A DNA stretch of 64,000 bases. Origin: Tubulanus polymorphus (taxonomy: Eukaryota > Animalia > Nemertea). This document shows, one piece after another, positions 12,801 to 26,069 of the stretch; the first letter of the stretch is position 1; every line of letters begins with the position of its first letter. The notes under the pieces are model-generated. The model saw only the letters and a list, made by a program, of their open reading frames with translations, searched no databases and had not been told where the DNA came from. Made by a program: the position numbers and the translations under genes. The stretch is taken from assembly GCF_964204645.1 (NCBI RefSeq), contig NC_134029.1:11682850-11746849 (forward strand). The letters are read 5' to 3'.

Positions 12801-15800
12801 ACTCCTGCTTTTGCCATAAGCTCAAACTTTAAATTCAATCAAATTTTACTCTGCAAAATATCAAATCCAATTCAATTTTATTTTATTGAACAAATAAAAC
12901 ATCAAATCACATCCAACTCAATTTTTTTTTTATTGAGCAAATTTCAGAAAATCTAATTCACTTCTATTCCGCATTCAAATCAATAAGACCAAGGGATAAG
13001 ATTGATCTGAGGTATTTGTTCCTGCCAGCTCCCTGTCTTCATGTGCTACTTATGTAAGCACTTGATTTTACTGTGTAAATTATAGGTATTGACTCAGAGC
13101 TGGGAGTGTATGTTGACAAATATAACTAACAGAATTCATCATTTGCCATTTTATGAAAAGCTGACTGGCTGGCCATTGTGCCCCTTGGAGCTCTTAATTT
13201 CAAACTTGGTACACACGTATGGCATCACTTGGGGCACCACACTATTTCAAATTCGTTTACCTTTACATTAGTTAGTTACCTAATCGTTGGTGGTAAGCTT
13301 TTTATAATCGGATGGGCTTATACCAACGTTAGGGATGACAAGGACCAAAACACGGTTGAAAAAAGTAACACTTCAAAAATATACTTTCTATCCACTTCAG
13401 TCCACAATTAATGGCTTAATTCACAAACTGACACGGGTACCTTTCGAAATAATCCAATTCTATGTATGTTTCGAGTGATTAATCAACATTATTTTGAGAA
13501 ATTAATTAATTTCCTTACAAATTTCGCCATTGGCCGCTGTTTCTCTGTATTGCACATGTGGCATGATAAGACAAGGGGACCTACAAGGATTTAGATAAAA
13601 CTTTCAAGACGAAACGACAATTTTTATTTTTGATGGTTTTCCAACCTATATTTCAAATCTTCGTGTTTTCCATTATAAATAATGAAATAATAAATTCTGG
13701 TAAAAGAAAAATGTGAATAAGTGTTGATTTCTTAATATTTTTCAATTTCGTCGTTTCGCTTCGTTAGTTTGTGCTGTTGTCCTGGCCTCAGTCCACAGGT
13801 GCCAGCACCTCCAGTAATTTTCAAAATGGCAGCTGTTGACTCTACGGAAATTTACTCTCACTTTACGGCCGATTTGCACATGGATTAAGATCGTCAGGTG
13901 AGGTGTTATAGGTATCAGACAAACTACGAATCTGTTGTGTGTCGATTACAACAAAAATTTGACGGATATCTTAAGAGACAATGAAATGCCAGGCAAATTA
14001 CTCGTCAGTCAAATTGGCTGACGAAGATTTCATACAAAAATGACCTTCCCATTCCTGACTGTGGTTTGTGAAAATATCCGATCGTGAAACTAAACCACAG
14101 ACAGGTTACTGACTACCTTTACATATGCTTATATCCCCCATGGGTCCATCAGCATAATAGAAGATGGGTCAATCAGACACAAAATGACCGACCTGTGACC
14201 TTTTTGTGCCCAAAAAGGTAATTTCTACCCTGAGTTCTGAGACCTGTAACTCCTCATGATTTGCCATTTTTATTGAAATTCATAATGGGTATACATTTGG
14301 AAAAGATTTTAACATAACATATTTTCTATCAGTCAGGCATGAAACAATCTTAGTGTCACCAGTCCTCATTTGTAGATAATGAAAGCTAAGGAAAATATCG
14401 ACAGACTGTTATCACTGGCATAGGATTCAGCTCCTCACATAGAATCAGCGTCACCTGGTTTTTTGTTCTCACCGCTAAGGCTTGTATATTGAATTACGGT
14501 ACAGCCTAGAAGAAACTTAACTCGTTCCTTTCCGTTTTCTTTTTCATTGAGTTTTAAATCGTTCAAACCGCATTCTGTAATTCGTTTCCGTTTAGTTCCA
14601 AACGCGTTCGACACTTGTTAGGGATGAACATCTGTCTCAAAATTACGCGTTTCGCTACTGGGTGCAATGAAACTTCAAACGCTCCGATTAGGCGTTCATA
14701 ATGTTATTGCATGTATTTTACCATGTAGTCATCTAAATACAAGAAACTTCTCGCATATTTGAAATATGAAATTGATTGAAGGACAGGTCATTTATAATTT
14801 GTGAAGCTGCCGCATCAAGCCCCATGGGGCTCTTGTTATCATGCAATATGCGTATGTCATAACATGTATATGTAAATGTGATGCATGTCGACGCACCTGT
14901 GATCAATGAACAGGTATCTTAACAGTTCGATTGGAAGCAAACATTGGTTGCATGTGAGGTTTCTTATGGATGAGATGTCTATTGACCTTGAATTGTGTGT
15001 TTGTATTGTGTTTATACGTGTTACAGCTCCTTTCACTTAGTTTCCACTGCTACAAGAAGTTCGCAACAACCCAATAAAACAACACTGAAAACAAATTAAT
15101 ACATATTAGGGCACTTGCTGACTGTCCAGCAGCACTTATGATATAGTTTTCCTTTCTTATTTTCTATAAAATTACTTATTTCACAAATTTTTCGTAAAAT
15201 GACATATTGCAATATCTTAAAGCTAGAGGCCTTTCCCTTAATTGTCTAATTTATAGAAATATGTAGATAAGATATAATTCGTACCTGTGAAAACAAATGA
15301 CGGCAGCAGTTATAATATTGTTTTCACAGGTCCCAGTTCGAGAGGGCACCACAAAATCTGCTACACTTAGGTGGCTAAAAGCCAACGCACCAAAATAATA
15401 CAATACTCGTTTGGTCGCCCGTTAAACGATGATCATGGATCCACTCAACACGACTGTCAGACCGCTCACATATATGTCCGACGATTTTGCTGAGATAGAT
15501 TTTTTGCATTTACTCTGCATTCAAATAAGAAATGAAGTGTCGTGATATAAGGATTTCAAATTCTCTATTGCATTTTTCATAATTTTAGAAAAATGACTGC
15601 GACATCAACAATAATCTTATTTGCTCTATTTTAGAATGAATACCCGGTACTATAGACATCACCTAGCCATTGAAAAACAAAACTAGAACTTGTCATGCTC
15701 AACTAATAAAACATAAATTCTTATACAAACTTAGTTCTTGTGTACATACTGAGGGAGGAAATTTAAGTAAAAAGTACTGCTGCATACAAGGGGAGGATTT

Positions 15801-16041
15801 AAAAATTGTTCGATTTTTGAGTACATACTAAAATTGATGGTCCCAAATACAGAATGGCTGTATCTTTTATGATGTACAAAGATATACCCACATAACCCCC
15901 ACCACCAATACATTCTATATACCGCCAAATTCATGGATCCCCTATATCGGCAGTGTATCGTGTATTATATAAATATAAAGAGAGCAAATATTTTTCATGA
16001 AATATTTTTAAAAGAAATTTCTGTGTTTATCTCATTTTCAG

Positions 16042-16227
16042 AGTTATCTGTCATTCTCATACTGGGTGAATGTAATTGATGCAACATATCAGAGTTTGAT
16101 GATATTCTATTTGCCGTATTTCACATACAAAGACTCGGAAATTGGAATATGGCAGTTGGGCATGATACATATTAGTCTGTGTGTCATAATGGCTACTTTT
16201 CATTTAGCAATTGAGACAAAGTCATGG
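16042..16227 (+). CDS. P4-ATPase exon (TM7-8)
   Basis: ttttcag / gtatgt splice sites; SYWVNVIDATYQSLMIFYLPYFTY...HLAIETKSW; phase-compatible with neighbouring exons. Confidence 0.9.
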
Positions 16228-16381
16228 GTATGTATCATTGATTTACTGACTAAATTTACAAGTGGTATTACTTATGTACATAAATTACCAAAGCTTTGGC
16301 ATCATGGTCATTCCTGCTGCAGATACCTTTACAACATAGTTATTAAAATCCCTTTTATCAAATATTTGCCTTTTATTTCAG

Positions 16382-16569
16382 ACATTGCTGTATACATTTT
16401 TTATTTCGGTGAACTTCATCAACTTCTACGGCTTTTCGGCAGTCTTCGCTGCTGCAATTACAACCTCTGATCATCCTTCAAATCCATATTGGGTGTTTTA
16501 TGTCACATACAGTTCTCCAACATTTTGGTTTACTCTCTTGATTACGGTTGTGGTGGCATTGCTTCCAAG
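16382..16569 (+). CDS. P4-ATPase exon (TM9-10)
   Basis: tttcag / gtaaac; ...PSNPYWVF...SPTFWFTLLITVVVALLP(R), ATP10-like; phase 2 end. Confidence 0.9.
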
Positions 16570-17774
16570 GTAAACATTTATATAAAGTATACAAACGACC
16601 CCCAGACATATCAAACTTACTGTGCAATCCATATCTGTCAGATCTGGTCGGTCAAGTTAACGGTTGGGAGCAGTTGAAATATCCCAAAAATCTTGAAAAA
16701 CTGAAAAGCACGCATTTTGATTGGAGCTGGACAAAATCTTGAGATATTCAAAAAAAATTTCATGCCAGAAATATATAAGTGTCGCATATGGTAACTAGCT
16801 CGAAAATTAGCTCATTTCTTTAAAAGTCGCTGCAGTTGGCAGTGAATTTGGCATAACATGGGCAGTGAATGGCAGTGAATTTGGGTCAATAAACCCTGAA
16901 CTGTGCGCCGCCATGATAAACACTAAATGCAAGCGCATATTCTAAATCTTTAAAATAAGGAGTAGGCCTATAATGAAATCTTTATGAATTATAAATGCTT
17001 AAACTCTAGAATATATTTACAGATGTTCGATTTTGATAGAAATACACCATCATGTGAATTTAGGAAAGTCCATATTAAGAATTTTGTTTCTTGTTTAAAA
17101 ATTTGAACGATTGATAGTGATATATTTTGACTCATATCATGAAAACAGGTCCTCCGGAGTACATGACCTTTGGTCCTCTAGTTCGTCTCTACTTTTTCAC
17201 CAAGGGCAATGATTATTAGTTATATTGTCAAGCATTTAACCAAGAGGATATGGTGTTCCTGGACCTCCATTTTCTTATTGACGTTAAAATTATTGTTACT
17301 AAATGGGTAGTATCAGGAAGAGGTGCTGAAACTTCATTAGGACAATGTTGAGAAATGTCATACTACATGTATTGCCATATTTGTTTGGCAGACTGAGTGA
17401 ACTCGGCTTACCATTCAAACTCAGTTCCATCATGACCAAACCATTTGTGTGGCTTAGTTAATTCTGTCAATTTTATATGACATGATTAACAGCTGAAAAA
17501 ACTGTTTAACAGTTTTATCAGCTGTTAATCAACAGTTAGCTAAGACCAAATCAATACAATAGAGACTTATCCTTAAAGAAGCCCTATTGATTTAGACAAT
17601 CTCCATTCAATTGAGATGATAGACTGACATTTACTGTCAACCAAACAAAAATGAATACATTGATGTATCTAATGGTGTTAAAAAGTTTCATCACTATTTT
17701 CACCATGACTCATACCAATGTAAGCTTAATATTCTTGAATACTGTTATCAAAAACTGAACCTTTCCTTTTTCAG

Positions 17775-18711
17775 GATGACAATCCGTGCACTGAAAGCTA
17801 CTTTATACCCATCTATGACTACATTTGCAAGACAAGTTGAGTTATTGGATCCAAGCATGGGTAGTCAGTGGTTCCAGAAATCTACAGCCACTATGCCCAA
17901 TGAGAGTGCAGTTAGCTTTTCAAATCGTCCGCTTAGTAAGACTACACTGAGTAAACGTCGTCAAAGTATGACGATGGCAGTTATGAGACATATCAGTCGC
18001 AGTATGCCATCATTCAACCTACAACAGCGAGACATTCATTCCAGTACTCACCACCACCATCATAATCCCACCTTTTTTCAAGCGAGTTTCATATCACCGT
18101 CATCGTCAATCGATAATTCTCCACATAAAACCACAATGAACTCATCTCGTCATTGGAAAGGTCATCGCCGCTACCCTAGCATGCCACCAGATATTACCAG
18201 CCTTTCATCTCACGTAAAACCAGGCGAAGATTTAAAAAACGACAATGTGATTCATTTAAAGTGTAATGATGAGCATAATAAAGGGGAGATGCTTCATACA
18301 GAATCACTTCCTCCTCACAAATTATCTCACAAACCATCTGACATTAGTTCAGATAAAGCAAATGATGATATTGCTGTAGTCGACTTACATGATGATTATC
18401 AATGTGTCACAGAATTGAGTTTGGTTTGTGCTGATTTGGCTTGTGTGTCCTCTTCCGATTTGCCCAGCATGGATATATCTCAAACTTACCACAGATCGAA
18501 TGATGGCGATTCAATGAGCAAGACTGAATTTGAATTGCATCAAATTAGAAGTAAGCTTAGGGAAGATAGCGTTGCTGGAAGTGAAATTGATTCTAGATAT
18601 GCAACTCCTGATAACCTGATAGAATCTCACCGATCGAGCCGCAATAATCTCATTGATATGTCATATTATAATCAATATGATGATAACCGTCCTACTGACA
18701 TTGACATTTAA
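17775..18711 (+). CDS. P4-ATPase terminal coding exon, long cytoplasmic tail
   Basis: ttttcag acceptor at 17773-4 completes the AG|G Arg codon; MTIRALKATLYPS resembles the post-TM10 helix; open for 311 aa to TAA. Confidence 0.82.
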
Positions 18712-21117
18712 GAGATAATGTTTAAAATTTCCGTCCATATGAATACTGATAATAATTATGTCTTTTATAAGTCTTTTAAATGTTTTTTCTACAAATAACA
18801 AATATTTTTGTTTTACACAATTTTTCCTTTTTGAATACTAAGGGCCTCATGTAGGTCAAAAGTTTATTTATTTTACCATTTAACTAATGCTGTGGTTCCA
18901 TTTTGGTTACAATGACGTTTTCATAGCCGCAATTTCAACTGTCCACTGGTTAGGCTATTGTTTTGTAAGATTGGAGTAAGCATGACAGCAGTGAAACCCA
19001 CTTAGTCAGGATCGCTTGAATCTGGATTTTGATCTTGTCTAGATATGGTTCACAAACACAATTTCATGTGAGATATTGATTTGGATTTCTCATGAACCAG
19101 ATGAATATCTGTGATCCTAACAGGTCCAGATTAAGCAAGCGGGTTTGATTGATTCCAAGCCAACTCTGAATTCAACCATTAGATCATGTTTTTCTTCTCA
19201 ATGGTTTTGTTTGCCTTTAAAAATTTACTTTCATATTAGAGACTCTGCTTAACAAATCTATTAAAAATTCAGAAATCATTGATTAATAGGTTTACTTAAC
19301 CAAACGGTTAATTTTTCAAATGTTAAGGATTATCTAAGAGCAATCTGCATGTCAAAAGGCTAAAGAAATACCTTGTTTCTCCGAATCGGTCAGGTTGGGA
19401 AAAAATCATGCTGAAAATTTGTTATAATGTAATCCTGGCAAGAGGGGTCCCTTCAAAAAGCAGGTATGAATTTTATATAAAACTTAAATTAAGTTCAGTC
19501 TGTCCGTAGACAGAATCAAGTTATCACCATTGGTGAAACACTATATCCGTGTTGTGACGATAAATTAACGAGAACCCCACAACGATAATGAAAGACGAAG
19601 TTCGAAAATATATTAAGTGTGTACCGGTAACTGTTTCTATGTTAATTTTGCTTTAGTTTGTATCACAGTTGATTACTTAAATTAGTCTCTTTGTTCTGGA
19701 TTGTATATAAATGTATATTTCATAGTTTCTGTTGTAACTCTGCATTCCTGAAGATGACTATTAGAATATAGGCAAAACATCGAATAAACTACTGACTAGA
19801 AAATATTTTTGGACTTCTTCTTTCAATATCATTGTGGGATTCTCGTTATTTTATGGAATCCAGTTATTAGCTCTCGAGGAACGAGAGAGCTAATATGACG
19901 ATGCCTGGAAATCGGTTGTGTATGTTGCCTGTTGTGCGAAGCACACACGTGTATGCATGCGCGCTGAACAAATAGTTGCATAATTTTAAGGCTAATATAC
20001 ATTTTGGTAGTTATGACTCCGGAGTGATCATGATGTATTGTGAATAAATGAATTGTCATGATTAAACTATTTTTCGATTAGTGAGTTGTTTATGAATTCA
20101 TGTCTGTGCGGATGAATATAACAACAATGTAGTCAGCCGTCAGCATTGCGCTTTTTTGCTGTGTGGACGATACCGCACGTGTCGCTGGTAAGTGGTCGTT
20201 TTTAAGAGGCATGGAAACAGCAAAATCGTGTCCAGAGAAATAACATTGTGAATACTATATTGAGTCCTTATACTGATTAATAGAGCTAAATACCATAATC
20301 GCCAGGCGGACAGAAATTAAGTCCTCGTGGAAAAAAATAAAAACTAATATAAGCTTTGTTCAGTATAAATCAATCTTTGAGAGGAACAATTATCAATTTG
20401 AAGCATACGCTACTTCCTGTCTTACTTAAAAAATCAAAATTGTACTCTGTTAATAAAACAGGAGCTCGAGAGCACTGGACCTCTAGTTTTGGGAAGTTTT
20501 GAAGACGCTTCAATGAAGTATTGATCTTTGGTCTATACATGTATCTACCCTAGATACATCTTCTGCCCCGAAACTGGCCGTCATGTGACCTTTTTTGTAC
20601 CCAAATAGGTAATTTTTACCCTGAATTCCAAGACCCGTGGCTTCCGAATGGTTTGCCATTTTCCCTTGAAATTCTTGATTTGAGAATTAAGGGCTCTTTC
20701 TTAAACATATCTGACAGATTCTTTGATCAGTAGAGCGTGCCGCAATTAGCAGCCATCTTAATGTCATCAGTCCTCATTTGTAGAAAATATCAACAGGTTT
20801 TGACTTATAGTCGTGATTTTTTTATGAATACTATCTCCCACATGGAATTGGGCCTTTGAATCCTTATAGAATGGTCATGAGAGTAACTTTCTGTTAGCTC
20901 TTGGTGGCAAAAATTGTAACCAATGGATAAACACAACTGATATTTTATCATTAAGAGGAGAATAGGTGTTGCAATTGATATGGCAAGTTTAGTTGGGCAT
21001 CACTTGGAAATCCCTCTGGACTGACTTTCCCGGTGAAATCATTATTAAGAACTGTTCTACCATAAATGAAGAAATCCCACACTTCGAATTGAATTATAGG
21101 ATAGAATTCATTATTTT

Positions 21118-21200
21118 GAAACCACAACGTTTCGGCTGTTGACTAACAGCCATCAGCAGGTGGAAATGGGCCTGATGATGCCTCATTTCCACCTGATGAT
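21118..21200 (-). repeat. Penelope-type terminal remnant with hammerhead-like motif
   Basis: Minus strand CCTGCTGA-TGGCTGTTagtcAACAGCC-GAAAC-gttgtg-GTTTC; adjacent inverted CCTGATGA copies. Confidence 0.45.
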
Positions 21201-22044
21201 CTTCATTTATCTACAGTAGTATACACGGATTATAGTGTTTATTCGACAACTAACTGTTCTACCATGTACTTGTGACTCTTGAAGCCCATTACAATGTATG
21301 TCATCGAAGTTGAGTATGCTTACTACACAGTTTACCATGATTTCATCTTTATCAGCTGTACGTTATATGTTATTGCAAATCCAAGAACAAATCAAGTTTT
21401 GTGCTCGAAACAAGAATATACCCAGTTGATCCTACTGGTCCCATATGGTCATTTAATGAATATTAGATTGATGAGTTAAATATTGAATTATATACAATTT
21501 GCCAATTTATATTGGTACCTTTTTAGCCCACCTGGGACTTAAGTCCCAGCGGACTATTGCGTTCACTTGTCGTCCGTAGGCGGAATCCAGTTATTTTGGA
21601 AGTTATGAAGACGCTTCAAGGTAATGTCTTGATATTTGGTTTATGCATGTATCTACCCTAGACACATCTTCAGCCCAAAAACCGGCCCTGTCAGAATCAA
21701 GATGGCCGACTGGCAGCCATTTTTTTACACGTTTTTGAACTTTTTGAGGGAAATTTTGAAGACGCCTTGTTCAATTATCTTGATCTTTTGTATATATTTG
21801 CACCTCCCCAGGGCCCATCAGCATAGAAAAATTGGGTCAATCTGACTCAAGATGGAGTCCTATGACCTTTAAAGTGCCCAAAAACGTCAATTTTGGCCTG
21901 AATTTTGAGTCCTGTAGCTTCCTACTGGTTTGCCATTTCTCATTGCAATTGCTGATGGGTATTCTTTGGAAAGGGATGTTTTATACCTGAGACAGGTATT
22001 TTTGATCAGCCAATTATGGCGCAATTGGCGGCCATCTTGGTGTC

Positions 22045-22326
22045 TGTCAATACCTTTTCTCCAGAAAGAAGTGACTAGCAGTACGACTCGGTGTTGACAT
22101 TAAAGTAGTTTATTCTCAAAAGTGACTCCCTCTACCCTTTACATATCAATATATATAGTGAAATATCACATGATGTGTACTGAGCATGACGTACAGATGT
22201 AATGCAGTTTAATACAGTTTAATACAGTTGAACACAGTTGAATACACGTTTAACTGCAGAACAAGTTACTGCTCTAGTGAGCAGTATTCTATTGTAAATA
22301 TAAATGTATGTATAACCATTCCAATA
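22045..22326 (-). repeat. BEL 3' LTR
   Basis: Near-identical to 27944-28213. Confidence 0.95.
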
Positions 22327-22484
22327 TACTCCTGCCCGGCGTAAGCGTGATTAAAGTACACATATAAATTTGAAAGAGTTATCAATATATACACGATTTT
22401 AAACTACTATCCCATATTCATTAATACAAAATTTGAAAGTACACATTGTTCATTAATACAAAATTTGAAAGTACACATTATTCA

Positions 22485-25400
22485 TTAATACAAATTGTCG
22501 GATTGCTCCGCCGCCGCGATGGCCGTGATCTTCTCCTCTGCTGCAACGGCAGCAGCTCTTTTCGGTCGCACATTCGCTTCTCCCGCTGTTTTTGTAGCCG
22601 AATATTTCGATACGGATGCAAAATCGGTTGACGCATAAACTTCGAGAGGGTACAGTTTCGGCAACGCTCTATTCGTGTGACCTCTCGCGGTTTTTAACGA
22701 AACATTGCGTACTTTTCCGTCCTTTCCACGATGTAATTCCGTAATTACGCCAAGTCGCCATTTCAATCGTGGCCCATCATCGTGAATTTGAACGACCGAA
22801 CCTTTTTTCACTAATTCCGTATCAACTCCCTTACATTTCTGGTATTCGCACAAATTTAACAAGTATTCACCTTTCCAGCGTCTCTTATATTCACTGAGGA
22901 GCAAGGAAATATATTTCATCCCACGTGTTAACAATTCGCGAGTGACACAAAAGTTCGGATAATTCAACTCGTAATCTCGCACACTAGGTTGAGGTAACCC
23001 GGTTATCCGGTGACCGAACATTAACATGGATGGCGTCAAAGCTTCTAAATCTGAAACATCTGAAGTTAGATAGGTCAACGGCCTATCATTTAAATGAGAT
23101 TCAACTTCAATTAAAAAAGTATTTAACTCATCATCGGTAAAGAGCTCTACCGAGTACTTTTTTTGTTATATTTTTCACCAACCCAATCAATCGTTCGTAA
23201 AACCCCCCTTGCCAGGGGGCCCTCTTAGCTATGAATTGCCATTTCACCCTGTTCACGGATAGATTAGTCCGATACTTCAACCGAGTAAATAATTTCATCT
23301 AGAATTTTATTCGCCGATGTAAACGTTGTTGCGTTATCAGAAACACAAGTCCTCGGCAAACCTCTACGACCTGCAAACCTACGTAACGCTAACAAAAAAC
23401 AATCAGGAGTTAAATCCCGAACTAGCTCTAAATGCACCGCTCTACTGACCGCACATGTAAATAAACAAACGTGGCATTTAGAGGTTTCGCCACCAGATCC
23501 CTTAATCACAAGTGGACCTAAATAATCAATACCAGTATGGTGAAAGACTGGAACCTCTGAAACTCTGATACCAGGTAGTGAAGGAGGTAACGGTAAGAAA
23601 AAGGGTCTACCTTGCACACGTTTGCACTTACAGCATGATTTTAGTAGGTCCTTTACTCTTTGACGGATACTCGGTATCCAATATTTACATCGAATATCGG
23701 CAACAGTAGCATTAACGCCTTGATGCATTATTCTGAAATGTGATCGACGAATCACCAAATTGACATACTGGTGATATTTTGGAAGCAGTATTGGTCGTTT
23801 AGCCAAATCGTCCAAATCTGCATTCTCTAACCGACCATTCGAATGAATCAAGCCATCATTACCAATAAACAACTGTAAATCGTTTATCAACCTGTCAACA
23901 ACCGGAGCTCTAAATGACTTGTCACCCGACAATCGCGCAAACACCAGAGGATATTCTGATCTTTGAATACACAATAACCACACTTTCTCAGAATTGTTTA
24001 GATCATCAGCCGAAATACTGTCAAAGTTTCTATCAGAAACTTTTACCTTACAATTATTTATGAAACGAAGTACTAAGGTAGTCATTCTGAACAACTTAGT
24101 TAATGACGAGAAACCATCTGCATCTACTACTTTCGAAATGCCGACAGGTTCACTTTTTTCAATTGAAACATATTGTACACATGTAGATGTATTTATGTGT
24201 ATAATCGGAATTTGATTTATTCGATCTGCGATGTCAATTGGACCGCACAACCACTGCCCGTTAGAAAATAGGCATTGTGCAGATACGCCTCTAGTCAATA
24301 AATCAGCTGGATTTCTATCACCATTACAAAATTTCCACTTATCAAAGTCACAAATAGATTTTATAGCACGAATTCTATTGGCAACAAATTCTGGTAATTT
24401 TTTATCACTTCTCAGCCAACTCAACACTCTGAAAATCCGAATAATATTGCGTTTCGATTACAGGATACGATTGTTTTAATTCATCACAAATATATTGCCC
24501 TAATTTAGCGCCTAACATCGCGGCCATGAGTTCTAAGCGTGGAATTGTGACCTGCTTCAACGGGGCTACCCGGCCACGACTCAATATGAATTGAATCTTA
24601 CCCCCTTGATCAAGATAAGCCACAGCGCCATAAGCCGGCTGACCGGCATCGACAAAAACATGTAATTTTACCGGTAAATTGGTATCGAATCCATACCATC
24701 TTGGTACGTGCATATTTCTGATCGCATAATTCAGATCTGAAACTATTCTTTGCCACTGCAGACCAAATTTCTGTGGTACTGCTGTATCCCAATCATATGA
24801 TTCTCTCCACAATGTTTGAGTTAATATTTTCCCTAATAGAAATTGGTAATATAAGACCTAACGGATCATAAATCTTGGCTAAATTTTGAACAATAGTCCG
24901 TTTCGTAGTACCAGAGAATTCGTCTAATATAACCTTTTCTTTGAAGGTGATAATATCTTGCTCAATACTCCAATTCAATCCTAAGACATTCACATGATTT
25001 GAATATTCCAATACTTTCTCAGATTCTGCCAATGAACGTACCTCTTCACTGTTTGAAGACCAGGACCTTAAATTCATTCCTGCTAGAGAAAAGATCTCTC
25101 TCGAAGACTTAAAATAATCTAAGCTATTCTCCTCGGAATTGCATGATGTCAGTATGTTATCTACGTAAATGTTTCGTAGAATATCGGAACTCGTTCGACA
25201 ATTTTCAGTTACTACCTGATTCCGTAAATGATGTAAAATTGTGCAATTCAAAATAAATGGAGAACAGGTAGCACCAAATAATACTCGTTTGAAACGATAA
25301 ATTACTAGTTCAGAATCTGGATTTCCTGGCTCTCTAAACCAAACGAATCTAGTTACATCCCTATCTTCAGGGTCGATGCCTATTTGGAGAAAGGCTTTTT

Positions 25401-26069
25401 CGATGTCCGCACAAAGACCAATCTCGTTCAATCTAAATCTCAATAAGATACCTGTGAGATCGTTCTGTAGAGCTGGACCAGGTTCTAAACTATCGTTCAA
25501 ACTAGGTGATCCAAAACTACAATCAAAAACAATTCGAATTGGAGTTGTATTCGATTGTCTGTACACAGGATGATGTGCCAAATAATGTACTCGTCTCGAT
25601 GATGGATGTAATCATCCACCGGAACAATCTCAATATAATCTCGTTTCAATTGCTCATCGATAATCTCCGAATAGATTTTAAGAATTTCCGGAGTTTTTGA
25701 AAGTTTCTTCAAAGTTGATTTAGTTCTATTTACACAGCACAATAATTAGCTGTTAACGTATCATGTTCAGTTTTCCAAGGTAATTTCACATTGTATCGAC
25801 CGTCATTGTCTTTCCATATAAAATCACAAATGTACTTATCAACAAAACTCTCATCCGATAATTTTTAAATCCCAATTTCGTCACAATTCAAAGAAAATTC
25901 AGGGTATGACAAAACACTCATTATCGAAATTTTATCATTGGAAGTACCAGTCGGACCCGACACCAAATATCCAACACATGATTTTATAGCTACAGGACCT
26001 TGTTTTGATCTGATTATCTCAGAACTAACAAAATCGTAATAATGATCGCTTCCAATCAAAAGTTGAACT
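22485..26069 (-). pseudogene. BEL pol (RT, RNase H, integrase, DUF5641-type tail), broken by frameshifts
   Basis: ADIEKAFLQI and YVDN (RT); VFVDAG (RNase H); H-H-C-C zinc finger, GIDYLGP and VSDNA (integrase); WRLGVITELHRGKDGKVR tail. Confidence 0.9.
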
